The translations under genes were made by a program, and so were the position numbers. The notes below the pieces were generated by a model that ran no database searches, was not told the DNA's origin, and worked only from the letters and a program-made list of their open reading frames with translations. Of a DNA stretch of 64,000 nucleotides, positions 37,163 through 50,067 are shown one piece after another. Source of the stretch: Lama glama (lineage: Eukaryota); the NCBI GenBank assembly GCA_028534125.1, contig CM052817.1:65412001-65476000 (forward strand), given 5' to 3'. Positions within the stretch are counted from its first letter, which is position 1; each line of letters opens with the position of its first letter.

Positions 37163-40100
37163 ATAATTAGTATTATATTTAGTATTTATTAGTACTGGAA
37201 GTGGCTGTAGGAAATAGTCCTTCCAAATGGGATTCTGACATTGAGTTTCTCCTAAGTACAAGGATAATCATCTTGCCAGGGGAAGGTGGGACATCTGTAC
37301 AGAGGTATTTCTATTACCCAAATTATCACTAATGGTGGTAGAATGATGTGCAGATAGAAGGCACAGCAGTAGGAGATCACTATGCTAACAACAGAGATTA
37401 GAAAGCATGTGGAATAAGCTGGCTTCTTCTTTCCCTCAAGGGCTTACTTAGGGAAAAAAGAAATTAAGAGATACAAACTTATATAACACATGTGGAGAAC
37501 GAGAAATCCTCTATGGAAGCTATTGTAAGGCCTATTTGGCTAAGGCCCAAGCCCAGGATGTGATTGTAAGAGGTGGGAGATTGCAGCACCAGTCAAATTC
37601 TCAAGTCTGTCAGGTCTCTCCTCTAAGGAACCTAGTAGAAAAGTAGTTGTACCCTGAGGCAGGGGATTGGGACATTTGAGCAGACATTGGGCTGAGAACT
37701 TTAATCCTCCAAATTCTCTTGAAATTCTCATGCTGGGGAGGTAGTCTCTGCTCCATACCTTCCCTCTCATTAGTCTTCTTCTGCATAAAAGCTTCTAAAT
37801 GATTGAACCTAAGGTAGCTGCCTCATAACCTGGTGCTGATTTTCCTCAGGACACAACTTCACCAACTCTTATTCCTTCTAGACCTATACTCAAAGTTATT
37901 TTCCAACACAGCCCAGTTTGAGAAATTCAAGACCTGACTCCATGAGGAAAGAGCATAAAGAAAAGGAAAGAAGAATTGATCAATCTTGTATCAGATGATG
38001 CCTTTTTAGTCATACTCTTTGGGAGGACCCAAAGGACTCCCCATTCACCAAAGAATTAAGAAATGCATTGGTGTGAGGCACAGCAGTATGCTTGAAAATT
38101 GTGATGGTTCCTTTAAGGAAAGAGATAATGGAGGAGATGATGCAATATAATGGGTTCACTGATCTCAACGTGAATAGTGGAAATCTTAGATTTGTGGAGG
38201 ACATTTAGTGGCAATTAACTGTCAGAGAAGAGGTGGCTGCTATTACTAAAATAGCCATAGGATTAGAATGATCATCATAGAATTTGGATCTAAGGGGTCT
38301 GTGACAATGCTTAATTAATGAGGGAGTCCCTAGTAATAAAACAGATGGTAGCCTCCTAATGGACTGTTTGACATATATAAGTGGAAATATTTTTTGGTCC
38401 ACAATACAGAAACCTAACTTGAATCTCTGAAGCGAACTTCATGCCTCCTATCCATTCTCTAAATCTAAATTGATTCAGATTCTCAAAGTCTCTTAACTGA
38501 GGGGTAGTGTATGTCCCTTTGAGGGAAGACATTATAATATGGACTATCAATCCTGTAAATCTTTTCCCAAGACTTCCCTGGGAGCTCTGGAACCATTTAT
38601 TATGGTGACTGTGCTCTGAGCAAATGATAAATGCCCAGACTTTCTGGAAGTTGCTAGACATTGTCTATGAACTGAAGCAAATCCCCTAAGACTCAAAATA
38701 GCTGTGTCCTAATGAGCAGGGGCTCACAGAAACCGGGTGATAGATAAAATCTGGGCTCAAATTTAATAGCAGTTCTAGGAAGACTGGGGATAAATACTAC
38801 AATTAATTCCTTATCCAGAAAGTTTAGAGGAATTAAAGTCTTTAGGAAGAGACAAAGTTTCCATATTGGCACCTTGATCTATGAAGTGGTGGATGTTATG
38901 GCAGAAAAGACCAAGTAGAGATCCCTGAAATGGCTTCAACCCCCTACTCCCAACAGTAAGATGATGAACAAAGGCAATGTCTCATTTCTGGGCATATTAT
39001 ACAGATTAGTGTCAGTCTCAATATTTTAAGAAACAATGTGGTGATTACACTTACCACGTACTATTTAACATGCTTATTTGGCTGATACAAAAGCCAGATG
39101 TATCATGGAGAATAATAATAAACTATAGCAAACTTAATCATGTGGTGATTATACTTGCAGTTATATTATTCCATTTCAATCAGTGTGGAAAGTCATGAGC
39201 AATTTGCATTTACATAGCAGGGACTACAGTATACAGTTACTGTTTAGCCCAAGGGCTATGCCAACTCCCCTACTCTATGTTATAATATAGTCTAGATGAA
39301 CTTTGATCTTCTTGTTATTTCACTGAACATCTCTCTCGTTTACTATTGTTAACTGGGTCTGGTAAGTCGAAAGTAGCAAGCACTCTAGATATCTTAATAA
39401 GACATATGCATTCTAGAGGAAAGGAATAAAACTATAAAATTTCAGGGTCTGAAATCTAAGTGGTCCAGGAGGTATAACATGACCTCTTTCTGAAGTAAAG
39501 TTGCTAAACCTTACATAAAACTCACCACTTAGAAAAAGGTATATACCTAGGACCAGTTAGGATTTGCATGCATGTATTAGCATTTCCATGATAGGCAATG
39601 CATGTATTTGAGTATGATCCTATCACCCATTTATTGGTAATTTAGAAGGTTACAAGTTTTGAGTGGGACCTATAGGAAGAATGGGCTCTGGGGCAAGTCT
39701 AGATTGCAATGCAGGCTGCTCTGCTATCTGAGCCTCATGATATAGGACCCTATATATAAAGGACATGTTTATGGCAGATAGAGATGATTTCTGAGTTGCT
39801 GGCAAATTCAATAGGAAAATCAACAGCACAGATACCCAGGGATCTGGAGTAAGGCCATGTCCTTCTTTACTGATAACTATTTTCCATTTGAAAAGTAGCT
39901 CCTGGCTTGCTACCAGACACTGCACACTTGACCACGGAAAATAAAATGACTATGCAATCTGAACTTTCCATTATATATGAAGTATTATTTCTTCCACAGA
40001 AATTAACATTGGCCACAAACAATAATATCATACTGTAAACTTGAAGTAGTATATATAAGCCCAGTCCTGAGCATATTCAGTCAACTGTAGCAGCCAGTGG

Positions 40101-40442
40101 CTCAGACTCAATATTGTACCTGCTTCTACTGCTTTGCCATCTTTCCCTCATTCACACCTATGACTTCATGGAGAGTTCAAAATGACTAGTTAATTGTGGA
40201 AGCAGAAGCATGGGCCTGATTTATGAATAGGTCTCCATGTTCGCTGGCACCAGCTGAAGAAGGACAGACTCTGCACATCACACTCAGTGGTGACCTTGAA
40301 AGACAGGTGACAGTATGATGGAATTATTATCACTCCATAATAATACAACAGCTGTAACTTCATGTACCTCCTGAGATGAGAACGTGTATTTTTCAACTAG
40401 ATGAAGGGCAAGAGTGAATTCTGAGGGGCAAAGCAGGTAGAC
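37163..40442 (+). mobile_element. Decayed class III (ERV-L) internal region with gag/pol relics
   Basis: gag EDPKDSPFTKELRNALV*G (~38023); RT IWLIQKPDVSWRIIINYSKLN (~39076) and QFAFT*QGLQYTVTV*PKGYANSPTLCYNIV (~39200-39292); NYFPFEK*LLACY (~39875); many stops; PPT-like gaggggcaaagcaggtagac before the 3' LTR. Confidence 0.9.
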
Positions 40443-40899
40443 TGTGCTGAGTGTCTTTCATTTGAAATTGTAAATCAGCCTTCCCCCTTCTGAGTTTCCC
40501 TCTGCCCCAGGAGACTGATTTGTGTGGCTACAATAGGCTTCTTTCTCTGAATAGGGCCGTAAGGCTCCCAGGAAGATCAGAACTAGAGGGAGGTCAGTGT
40601 GCTGATTCCCGCAGCTCTTTTTTTGTGAGTTCACTTCAAGCTAGCTATGTCTCTTGACTCAACATCAAGGTAACTTTTTCTACATGCCTCCCCTTTCATG
40701 GTGTGATAATTAACCCCTCCCTTGTCCTTTTAGGCCTACAGGTGATTATAGCACTGTTCTACCCCACTCCGAGTTAACACACAACCCTGTGGTTCCAATC
40801 TACCCTACTTATACCTTTGTAAACAGAACATGAATTTTTAAAAATCCTATAAAATTTTTCCAATTTGAGAGTGCCATCTGTTTCCTATTGGGAAATACA
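40443..40899 (+). mobile_element. 3' LTR (LTR33-like)
   Basis: TG...CA ends; ctctgccccaggagactga, caggaagatcaga, aatttgagagtgccatctgtttcct resemble LTR33. Confidence 0.8.
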
Positions 40900-40949
40900 C
40901 CTCATGCAGTCATCTTTCCTCTCAGCTACACACTGTTTATTATTTAGAG

Positions 40950-41525
40950 CTCATGCATTTGCAAATGACAAAAATATTCCAGCCAATCTTCCCTAAGCTA
41001 AAAAGCATAGGAATTTATTAGCTTGCATCACTAGAAGGTCCAAGGAATAATAATTCTGTCTTCAGGTATGCTTGAATCCAAGAACTCACATGATATTGGC
41101 AGGGCTCTCTCCTCTTGGCCCTTCTTCGTATTGCCTTCCTTTTGAGGGAAGTCCTCTCCACAAAGTGACAAATATGGACACTGGCAGTTCTGGCTTTATA
41201 GTGGCTTCACAGATTGCAATCCCAGAAAAAAAGACCACAAGAGACACGGGAAGTGTCCTAACACATATCGTGATGTGATTCCAATGGTGAACTGCTGGGT
41301 GTAGCTGAGATTGCTTGCCTGGCTGTCACATTGGCAGTCATGTAGAATAAATTAACGAACCCAGTGCAGTTTGACTGAGGAGTGGCTGTATATAGGAAAA
41401 AGCCACTGCCTGGCTCAAAGGAGCACCATCTCCCAACCCTCAATTGGAACGCATTCTCTTTGAAGCGCAGATTTGAAAACAACGAAGAATGCTGATAATA
41501 GAGTGAGTAGGGCAAAGCAAAGGCC
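40950..41525 (-). mobile_element. Old MaLR LTR (MLT1K/L-like)
   Basis: ttgcaaatgacaaaaa...ggaatttattagct...cttcaggtatgcttgaatccaag; right boundary uncertain. Confidence 0.6.
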
Positions 41526-42399
41526 AGCATCTGTTTTACCTGGAACGCTCCTCTTGCTGGAATGCAGCGTCACTTGTCTGCCTCAGAATAAGAGCTGATT
41601 TAGCAAATGCATTTGGAATGGCCTCTCAGCTTCTGTCTGATTGCCAAGTTCAATAATATTGTAAAGAGGTATTCCCTCGAGTAAACAGTGAGGTAGATCT
41701 GTCTTAAGGACTTCATAAAAGGCAAGAAAGCCCTTTGGCAACCTTGCATTTCTTTGGCAACCCATGCTGCAAATATGACTGGGAGCGGTTTGCACGAGCC
41801 TTCAGGTTGAAGAGGACAGTAAGGGAGCAAACTTGTCTAGGATAGGGGCTGAGTTCCACCTTCCATAATACAGAATACATAGCACAGCTGGATTATAAGA
41901 GCAGAGGAAACAGACAGGTAGGATGGAGTGAGCTCCTGAGGCGATCAGCCCCATTTACGTAATTAGTAGAGCTATGGGAAACCTTCAGGGTTTCTTATTA
42001 AAGTACAATGTGAGGGTAGCATGCCTGGAAAAGAGCTTTGGCCATGGTGTTAGTAGACTGGCGGGAAGGAGGTTATTGCTGTCTAGGAAAGGTGTGCCGG
42101 GGGTCTAGACAAGGGAGTTAACTGTTTACTAGAGAGAAAGTAAGACAAAGAGGTAAAGAAATTATTCTATGCCAAAAACAGAATAAAACGTGCTAAGAAA
42201 TAGCAGACAGAATTCGTTTGCCTCTTAAATTCTTGTTTGCACACATCAAGCCAAGAATCAAAGGCCTACAGAAATCCACATTGCATCTTTCACAGAACGT
42301 ATAACATTTTGTGACTGGAGCTTTTGGCATCTTTTACTCAACAGATGTTTGTTCAAATCTTTATTTATTACTACGTATTTAGTACCCACTAGGAACGGT

Positions 42400-42630
42400 A
42401 GTGCAATAGTATAATGGACACCAATAGGTTTTGGTATCTGGTAAAGTGGGCTTTAAAAACCTATTCTATCACTTACTAGCTTTGTGCTTTTGGTCAGCTA
42501 TCTGAACTTCATGTGTAAAACGCAGAACACAATTCCCACCTCATAGGATTGCTGTCGATATTAAATTAGATAGTGTGTATACAGTGGCTGCTGCAATAAC
42601 CTCTCAGCAAATCGCTGTTGATGTTATTAC
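42400..42630 (+). mobile_element. MIR SINE
   Basis: cacttactagctttgtg...tgtaaaa...ccacctcataggattgctgt..atattaaattaga. Confidence 0.75.
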
Positions 42631-43759
42631 TGATTCCTTAATTAGAAGCCCTGTTAAAGCTAGAGTGGAATTAACACAGCGAGCATTTAGAACAATGTCT
42701 GGAACATGCTAGGTGCTCAGGAAATGATAGAAGCTCTTATTATTTGAGTATGCATGAAATGTGATACTTTATTGAGTAAATCAAAGGTGAGTGACTTTGG
42801 CACGTGCAGATTCTTTTACAACCTGAAATAAGGAATTTCTAGTAGAAGGTAATAATATCCTAAATGTGAAAGAGCAAAAGCTCTTTGCTTTTGGAACATA
42901 ATCGGTTGGTTTCTTTAGGTCAGAGATGTCCACATATAAACCCATGTATTGTATCCTGTTAAGTTTAGCAGTGTCTTTCGCTTGTAATTATCTTCAGTTT
43001 TGCCATTCACTTGAAGAAAGTGTATTTCTACGTTGGCCATTTTACTTTCTCAGCCTGAGACATTAGATTTTTTGCTAACTTTCCTCTCTCAGTTATTCTG
43101 GGTTTGTATTTGCTGTAGATTGAGTGAGCTTCTGACACATGGCTGAGCATATCTAATTTTCCAAACGAGACTAGGCTAGACATAGAGGCATCATATTTGC
43201 ATAATGGCCACAGTACAGCTAAACTTAAAGCATTTTCCTTTGTATAACAATGACATTCAAATCATTATGCTGCTCAGAATATAGCAATAAACTAACCCAG
43301 TCAGGTGTCCTAGATTAATATACACACTGGTTCTCTTCTCCCTGAAAATCCTGTTTTTCCAGTTTTTTCATGTCACAATCCACATACAACATCTCAGATG
43401 ATTATGTGTGTGTTTGTTTGCATATATGAAATTCTTGCTTAAAACAAAATAATCTATTTTCCTGATTTGTTTTTACTTCTATTGCAATTATTTTCTCAAT
43501 TTGTATCCTTACTGATGCAATTTAAATGACTTTTAAAGCCTAGTGAATATGAATATATGACCAGTAACAGCAGTGATTTGTATCAGTGAATCCTAGGGGT
43601 TTTGTATGTGTCATGTGGTTTCAAAATTTTCTTTTTAATTAGATAAGTTGAGAACACACATACTGTCCTGGCTGCCCCAATGTCATGGTGCATGGTATAT
43701 GGAAAAAACCTATAGCTATTCATCTTTGTTATGTTCTTTTCTTGCCTTGAATAATAATT

Positions 43760-43930
43760 ATGAGCATGAAAGTTGGCATCATACAGACCCAGGCCACTGC
43801 TTTGCCATTTGCTAGGTGTCTGAATTTGGGAAATTGAATCTCTCTAACCCTCAGTTTTCTTATCTATAAAGTGGGGTAGTAATACCTATCTCTTAGAATG
43901 GTTACAAGGACTAAATGTAAAATCATAGAA
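43760..43930 (+). mobile_element. MIR SINE
   Basis: cctcagttttcttatctataaagtggggtagtaatacctatctcttagaatggtt. Confidence 0.8.
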
Positions 43931-43969
43931 TATGACTTCCTACTCAGGATGGCTGAAATTAAATTTTGG

Positions 43970-44700
43970 CTCTTGTACTGGGTGTGTAGTGATATCAGGT
44001 TGTGGTTCTCATTCACATTTCCCTAATAACTAGTGATGCTAAGCATCTTATGAGGTATTTATTTGGTGAAATTTCTTTTAAAAATTGGCTTGTATGCCTT
44101 TCAATTATTGACTTTTAAGTATTATTTATATATTCAGAATATAAGTTCTTTATCAAATATAGGTTTTGCAAATACTTTCTCCAAGTCTGTGGTTCATCTT
44201 TTCATCTTCTTAACAATGTTTCTTGAAGAGTAAAAATATTTAATTTAATGATATTAGTTATCATTTAAAAAATAATTCATTCTATCAAATAAATCTTTTC
44301 CTACTTCAAAGTCACAAAGATTTGTTTTCTGTATTTTATTTTGAAAGTTTAAAAATTTGATCCATTATGTTTACATCTATGATCCATTTTGAGTTACACA
44401 CATATGGTGTAAGATGAAGATACAGGTTCTTTTTTTTTTGTATAGAAACCTAGTGTTCTAATACCATCTAATACCATCAATCTCTTTTGATTACTACTAA
44501 CATGTACACCTTACTACATTTCTTTCTTATTTGTAAGTGGAAGCATATAGTTGTATGTATAGTATGTACTACAATTTGACAATCTCTATCTTTTAACTGC
44601 TGTGTTTGTATCATTTATATTTATATTTGGTCTAATTTTTCTGCCCTTCTTGGTGGCATATCGCCAATCATATTTTGAAGGCAACAACTATTAAAACTTG
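43970..44700 (-). mobile_element. Old L1 (ORF2-derived) fragments
   Basis: tgtggttctcattcacatttccctaataactagtgatgctaagcatct; tttgcaaatactttctccaagtctgtgg; tctatgatccattttgagtt. Confidence 0.8.
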
Positions 44701-45084
44701 ACATTATAATCATTTCTCCTTACTCTGATTCTAGGCTAAAGAAGCAAATGTTTAGTTATAATTTTTCATTTTATTGGTTTTCTGCAGGACTATAATACAT
44801 TGGCAACCAATAGGAGACACTACAGTCTACCTTAAAGTTATTTTTCTCATTGTAAATCTGTTCATTGATAGTCTTGGTACACAGCTACCTTTGGAACCAC
44901 GGTTGGCCCCAGGAAGCTATTCCCTTTGAGAGTGCTGATATCCTTCAAAGCTGACATTCATGCCTTTACACATGATTATCTCATTGAGGTACTATTACCC
45001 TTTGAAGCCCTGAATGGGTGTTCTGCCCTTCCGAATCACTCTCTCTGTTTTTGCTCTACCTGAAATGAAGCCTGTTCTAAATGA

Positions 45085-45230
45085 GTGTTTCTTAAAGAGT
45101 AGTCTATGGAGCATTTATATAAGAACTGTCTGAGGTATATCTTGTACTGTAGATCCCTGGACCCAAACTCAGGATAATTGAATTTATCTGTATTTTAATT
45201 TTCATGCACACTCAAGTTTGAAAACCATTA
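45085..45230. mobile_element. MER5-type hAT fragment
   Basis: agtgtttcttaaag...atctgtattttaat...atgcacactcaagtttgaaaacca. Confidence 0.6.
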
Positions 45231-45554
45231 TTCTACATCATGAACTCTAATAATTAAAGCTATCTAGTATGCATCCTCTATTTTTAATGATATTTATAAA
45301 TTTTCCATGTGTTACTATGTTAAAACTCTTATGGAGATAACAAATATAGGCAAACATAGATTTTAAAGCATTGAAATTTGAAATAAATGAAAATGGAGGT
45401 TCTGATATTTTGTGCCTATATTCCAATGGTCATACTGTATCAATTTACTTTGCAGACCCCTGTTCTAAACCTTGGGGGAGGTAGGTAAGCTGAGGTCTAT
45501 TTTCAATAATTGTATAAAAAAGAACCAACACAAATGCTCCAAATGAATTGTTGG

Positions 45555-45856
45555 AGTACTGATTCTCAACTGTGGTAATATCCAGGCTACATTAAATATG
45601 AATCTGGGATGAGACTCAGGCATACGTAGTTTTAAAGGCTCCTCATGTGATCCCAATGTGCAAAAAAGAATAACGTTATTAGAACAATACTTCTTTAACT
45701 TTAGCATGCATGGGATTCACCTGGAGAGCTTGTTAAACTATAAATTCTTAGGCTCTACATGCAGATAGGTCTAGGTGGGGCTGATTTGTGTGGTTTTAAT
45801 AAGCTCCCAGGTGAAGCTGATTCTGTTGGTCCATGGGCTACACTCAGTAGCACTGT
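45555..45856. mobile_element. Two adjacent MER5A/B-type hAT elements
   Basis: ttttaaaggctcctcatgtgatcccaatgtgca; ttcacctggagagcttgttaaa...ttttaataagctcccaggtga...ggtccatgggctacact..gtagcactg. Confidence 0.75.
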
Positions 45857-46324
45857 ATTACAGTGATGGTACAGCCTCCCTAAACTTTTAGATGGGTCTT
45901 CACCTCTGATATTATTGTCCAACTTTTAGTAACTAAAAACTTAGATCCAGCCTATTCCTACATTAATGGATTATTCCTGTGAGGAGAAAACAATTACCTA
46001 AAAATAGTTTAGGCATAGGCTCTATCTTACATATTTGAGAAAGACCACTTATCACTCACTGTACATTAGGTCATCCATCCTGACCCTAAATTCTGTGACG
46101 TAAATTAACATCATGGCCATACGATCTTGGCCATGTGATGACCAAGACACATTAACAAGCTTATTAACCTACCTTTTCCCCTTCACTGAAGTTTTTGTTT
46201 AATATAATATATTCGTGGTATCAGTGGGGCCTGATTCCCATGACTAAATGCCATTCCTTTTTCTGGATTCAATCTTTCTGGACTTTATTGGTACCATTTC
46301 TCAAATTTTAAAAGTAGACTCAGA

Positions 46325-46490
46325 GGTCATAGGAGTGAGGAGACTCAGTTCTAGTCTAACTTTGCCATTAATTCTCTGTTAGTCTAAAAAAGCTATCTTA
46401 AACTTACTAGGCCTCATTTTCTTCATCTATAAAATAAGGAGTTGGACAAAATGAACCTTCTTAAGTTCTTTTCCAGTTCTAAAATTGTCT
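46325..46490 (+). mobile_element. MIR3/MIRc-type SINE
   Basis: ggcctcattttcttcatctataaaataaggagttggac...ttccagttctaaaatt. Confidence 0.75.
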
Positions 46491-47079
46491 CCTCTGTAAT
46501 TTCACAAAATATCAGACCCAGAGCAAAAAGTTGTTTATTATGTGAGTATGTGTTGGTTCAGTAATTCAGTATATTAAAAAAAAAAAGTAGTTAAGATGCC
46601 TAGCTTTCTGGAGCTTTAGCTTCTCAGGTTTTAGGGCAAAGTAAATATAATTAAAATGGGTACAGTTCCATGGTGGCTTTGCATGATCCAGCTGTGGGTA
46701 GGAAATCTCTCCACAGAATCGACTTGAGACAATAAAAATCATCAGTTACAGTCTTCCTTGGCAAAACAAAGGACTCTGTTATGCTGGCAGAAATTGTATT
46801 CTTCTGTATAAAAGTCTATGTGCCAAAACAAGTGATTTGATAACATTATTGCCAGATTCAAAAAAGTAAAATTAGTGATTTTAATAAGGGTACGAATTGG
46901 AGCTTCTAACCTGTTAGCTCCAGGCAGAGCTGTTGGGTAATTGACAGTCATCTACTGCAAAGGAGAGCTAAAAAGGTGGGATTTAGTTTATTACTGGTTT
47001 TAAAGACTAATAACGTAGTAACACACAATGCTTGGTAAAAAATTAGAAACTCTTTAGTTTGTTTTTTTTTTAAGTAGAT

Positions 47080-47470
47080 TATAAAACTTACTCTTAATTA
47101 CTCAATAATTTTACATCTGTATATATTTCCTAAAGAAATAATTAGAAATATGATAAAAGCCCCATTTATAAAGATGCTGAAGGTGGGTTTATATACACAT
47201 ACAATAGGAAAATATTGGATGCAACCCAATGTTCAATAATAGAGCAAATTATTTCATCCATAGGATTGAATAATATGAAGACATAAAGTGAATTATAATG
47301 ATTATACAAAAACATTATACAAAAAAAGTTATAATATGTTGACTGATGAAACCCAGGCACATAATATGTACTGTAATAATCAAGATACAAAATCATGAAT
47401 ATAGAAAAGATGGAAAGTGACATTTTCCTTTACTTTTCTAACTTTTCACAATGTTTATGTGTTATCTTTA
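47080..47470 (+). mobile_element. L1ME-type 3' fragment
   Basis: ggatgcaacccaatgttcaataatag; AT-rich end ttttctaacttttcacaatg. Confidence 0.6.
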
Positions 47471-47477
47471 TATCATG

Positions 47478-47705
47478 CTGGTTAAGAACACACTGTGCAG
47501 CCATATGCCTGTGTTCGTATCTAGCTCCAAATACTAGGTGAATTTGGAAAAGGTATTAACCTCTCCTCTCAGTTTGCTCATTTATGAAATGGGCATGATT
47601 TTAGCAGCTTTCTCATAGGTTGTGAAGATTTAATAAATTATGTATAAAAATCACTTAGAGGAAATGGCATATGGCAAGCACTGTATAAGTGTGCTATTTA
47701 TTATT
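47478..47705 (+). mobile_element. MIR SINE
   Basis: tggttaagaacacac...ctcagtttgctcatttatgaaatggg...ctcataggttgtgaagattt...tggcatatggcaagcact. Confidence 0.85.
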
Positions 47706-48287
47706 GTTCAAAATGTGTCTTGCTTCATCTATAATGTCTTTTATATTGATAGAAATATTACACATTTTTTTTTAAATAAAGAGAATATAAAAAGTTTCTT
47801 CCTCAGGTCCCTCTGACACATATACACCAATTCCCCACAATTGAGGAAAAATTGCTGGTAAGGTTATACATAATCTCTGCTCTGCTCACATTCTGCATTT
47901 ATATCCTATTTCTTGGAAAGTTTCTTACAGTACACTTAAATAAACCAATTGATTTACAGTTACTCACTTACATATGAGGCTTCAGTGATTATCATTGGGC
48001 TCACTTAAAATGAGACACTAACTTTTGTTTTTGCTTGAGTCTCCGAAATCATCAGAGAATCTCTGAGTGTCTTTGACATGCTGTGATCCTGGTCAGCAAA
48101 TGAGGAAAACTTATTTTTAAAACAACAATCCATTATAGGCAATTTCATTTCCAAAAATGCTGAATGCCAGAATCTAACTTTACTTCTTCTAAAACTCCCT
48201 GGCACAGAATTTGTTTCCATAGTTATGAGGCAATACAGAAGTACTAAAACACAAACTCATTAAAAAGAAAACAAAAACTTTTTTTTT

Positions 48288-48787
48288 NNNNNNNNNNNNN
48301 NNNNNNNNNNNNNNNNNNNNNNNNNNNNNNNNNNNNNNNNNNNNNNNNNNNNNNNNNNNNNNNNNNNNNNNNNNNNNNNNNNNNNNNNNNNNNNNNNNNN
48401 NNNNNNNNNNNNNNNNNNNNNNNNNNNNNNNNNNNNNNNNNNNNNNNNNNNNNNNNNNNNNNNNNNNNNNNNNNNNNNNNNNNNNNNNNNNNNNNNNNNN
48501 NNNNNNNNNNNNNNNNNNNNNNNNNNNNNNNNNNNNNNNNNNNNNNNNNNNNNNNNNNNNNNNNNNNNNNNNNNNNNNNNNNNNNNNNNNNNNNNNNNNN
48601 NNNNNNNNNNNNNNNNNNNNNNNNNNNNNNNNNNNNNNNNNNNNNNNNNNNNNNNNNNNNNNNNNNNNNNNNNNNNNNNNNNNNNNNNNNNNNNNNNNNN
48701 NNNNNNNNNNNNNNNNNNNNNNNNNNNNNNNNNNNNNNNNNNNNNNNNNNNNNNNNNNNNNNNNNNNNNNNNNNNNNNNNNNNNNNN
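48288..48787. other. Assembly gap (500 N)
   Basis: Run of N. Confidence 1.
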
Positions 48788-48789
48788 AT

Positions 48790-49615
48790 TTCTTTTATTC
48801 CAATGCTTTTTTTCCCTTTCCTCTATCCTTTTCTGATCTTTTGAATTTATCAAGATTTTATAAATTTTCTTATTTGCTTCAACTAGTTGTATATTTGCTG
48901 GCTACTTGTCTTAACAAACTTACATTGACTGATCTTCCAACACTGAACCAAATTTATAATTAACATAAACCAACTTTTCTCACAATTCTTTTCATATATT
49001 GCTGTTTCTGAGTTGCGAATACTTTAGGTTTTTGTTTTGATTTTTGTTTGTTTGTTTTTTTAACCAACATTTTTGGGATTTGCTATCTAGGCGATTGCTA
49101 ATTCTTAAAATTGGTTAAATCAATTGAGAATTGAAACACTTCTTCAATTCTTTAGAAGAATTTGTGTACATTAAAATTATTCTCCCTTAAAGTTTAATAG
49201 AACTCAGTAGAAAAATCTAGCCTGGAGTTTTTGTGGTAGAAAGTTTTAAATTACTGACTTGAGTAATTTAATATTAAAATGTTTTAGGAACTTATTACAA
49301 ATTAAAGTGCTTTTGTCTGTCAAATCTGTAATGTTAGCTTCTTCCATGAATGACTAAACTTGTTGTTTCTCCCTCTCTCTTCATCAACCTATTACTTTTA
49401 AGTCTTTTCAATTACTTTTGACTTTGTTGACCCTCTCTATTTGATCTCTGTTTTGTTAATATCTTCTCTTCTCTTTCTTTGATATTATTGATCTTCCGAC
49501 TTCTTGTGATGGATTCTTAGCTCATTTACTTAAAACTATACAGTTTTCTCTACATGGTGGTTTAGTTGCATCCTGTGAATTTAGGTATGAAGTATTTGAA
49601 TCTTATTCAATGAAG
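48790..49615 (-). mobile_element. Old degraded L1 fragments
   Basis: T-rich antisense L1-like motifs (tagaactcagtagaaaaatctagcctggagtttt; ttttagttgcatcctgtgaattt). Confidence 0.6.
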
Positions 49616-49642
49616 TGGATCTGAGTGGAGCCAGAGGAGGTC

Positions 49643-50067
49643 TGTGGTTAATGCTGTGATGTGCCCCCTGATCCCCCTTCAGAAAGGAATAAGCTCACCA
49701 GTTGCTGAGAGCCCTCCAGGCAGAAATCCTTCCCCTCCAGGCCCCCTGTATCTACCACCTTGACTGTTGAGAGCTGCCTGTGCAAGGTGATGCTTCCTTC
49801 CCTGGGCACCTGCAGCCAGTGCCTGACTGACCTGGGCTGTAACTTCCTGACCCTCCCTCACCAACTTGGGACAGCACTCAAGGGTCAGCTACAAAACTCC
49901 CCTTAGAGTCAGCTCAGGTTTCTGCTGCTATTTCATCACAGCTGTATCTCTCCTGTCCAGTATTGTTTTCTTCCCTTTCTTCCCTCAGATACTGTTCTGG
50001 AGTACTCTCTAAAAATTTTCTGGCAGAGTAATCTCTGTGTCATTCTTCTAGAGAATGACCTACAAGA
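49643..50067 (+). mobile_element. LTR16-type (ERV-L) LTR with upstream PPT remnant
   Basis: gagccagaggaggtc then tgtggttaatgctgtgatgtgcccc...; ends ctgtgtcattcttctagagaatgacctacaaga. Confidence 0.7.

Noticed and set aside
37163..40442. Possible domesticated ERV-L gag/pol gene (Fv1-like)
   Set aside because: Sense frames have frequent stops and frameshifts, and no plus-strand ORF of 60 aa or more is listed
48260..48853. 197-aa ORF
   Set aside because: Artefact of reading through the N gap
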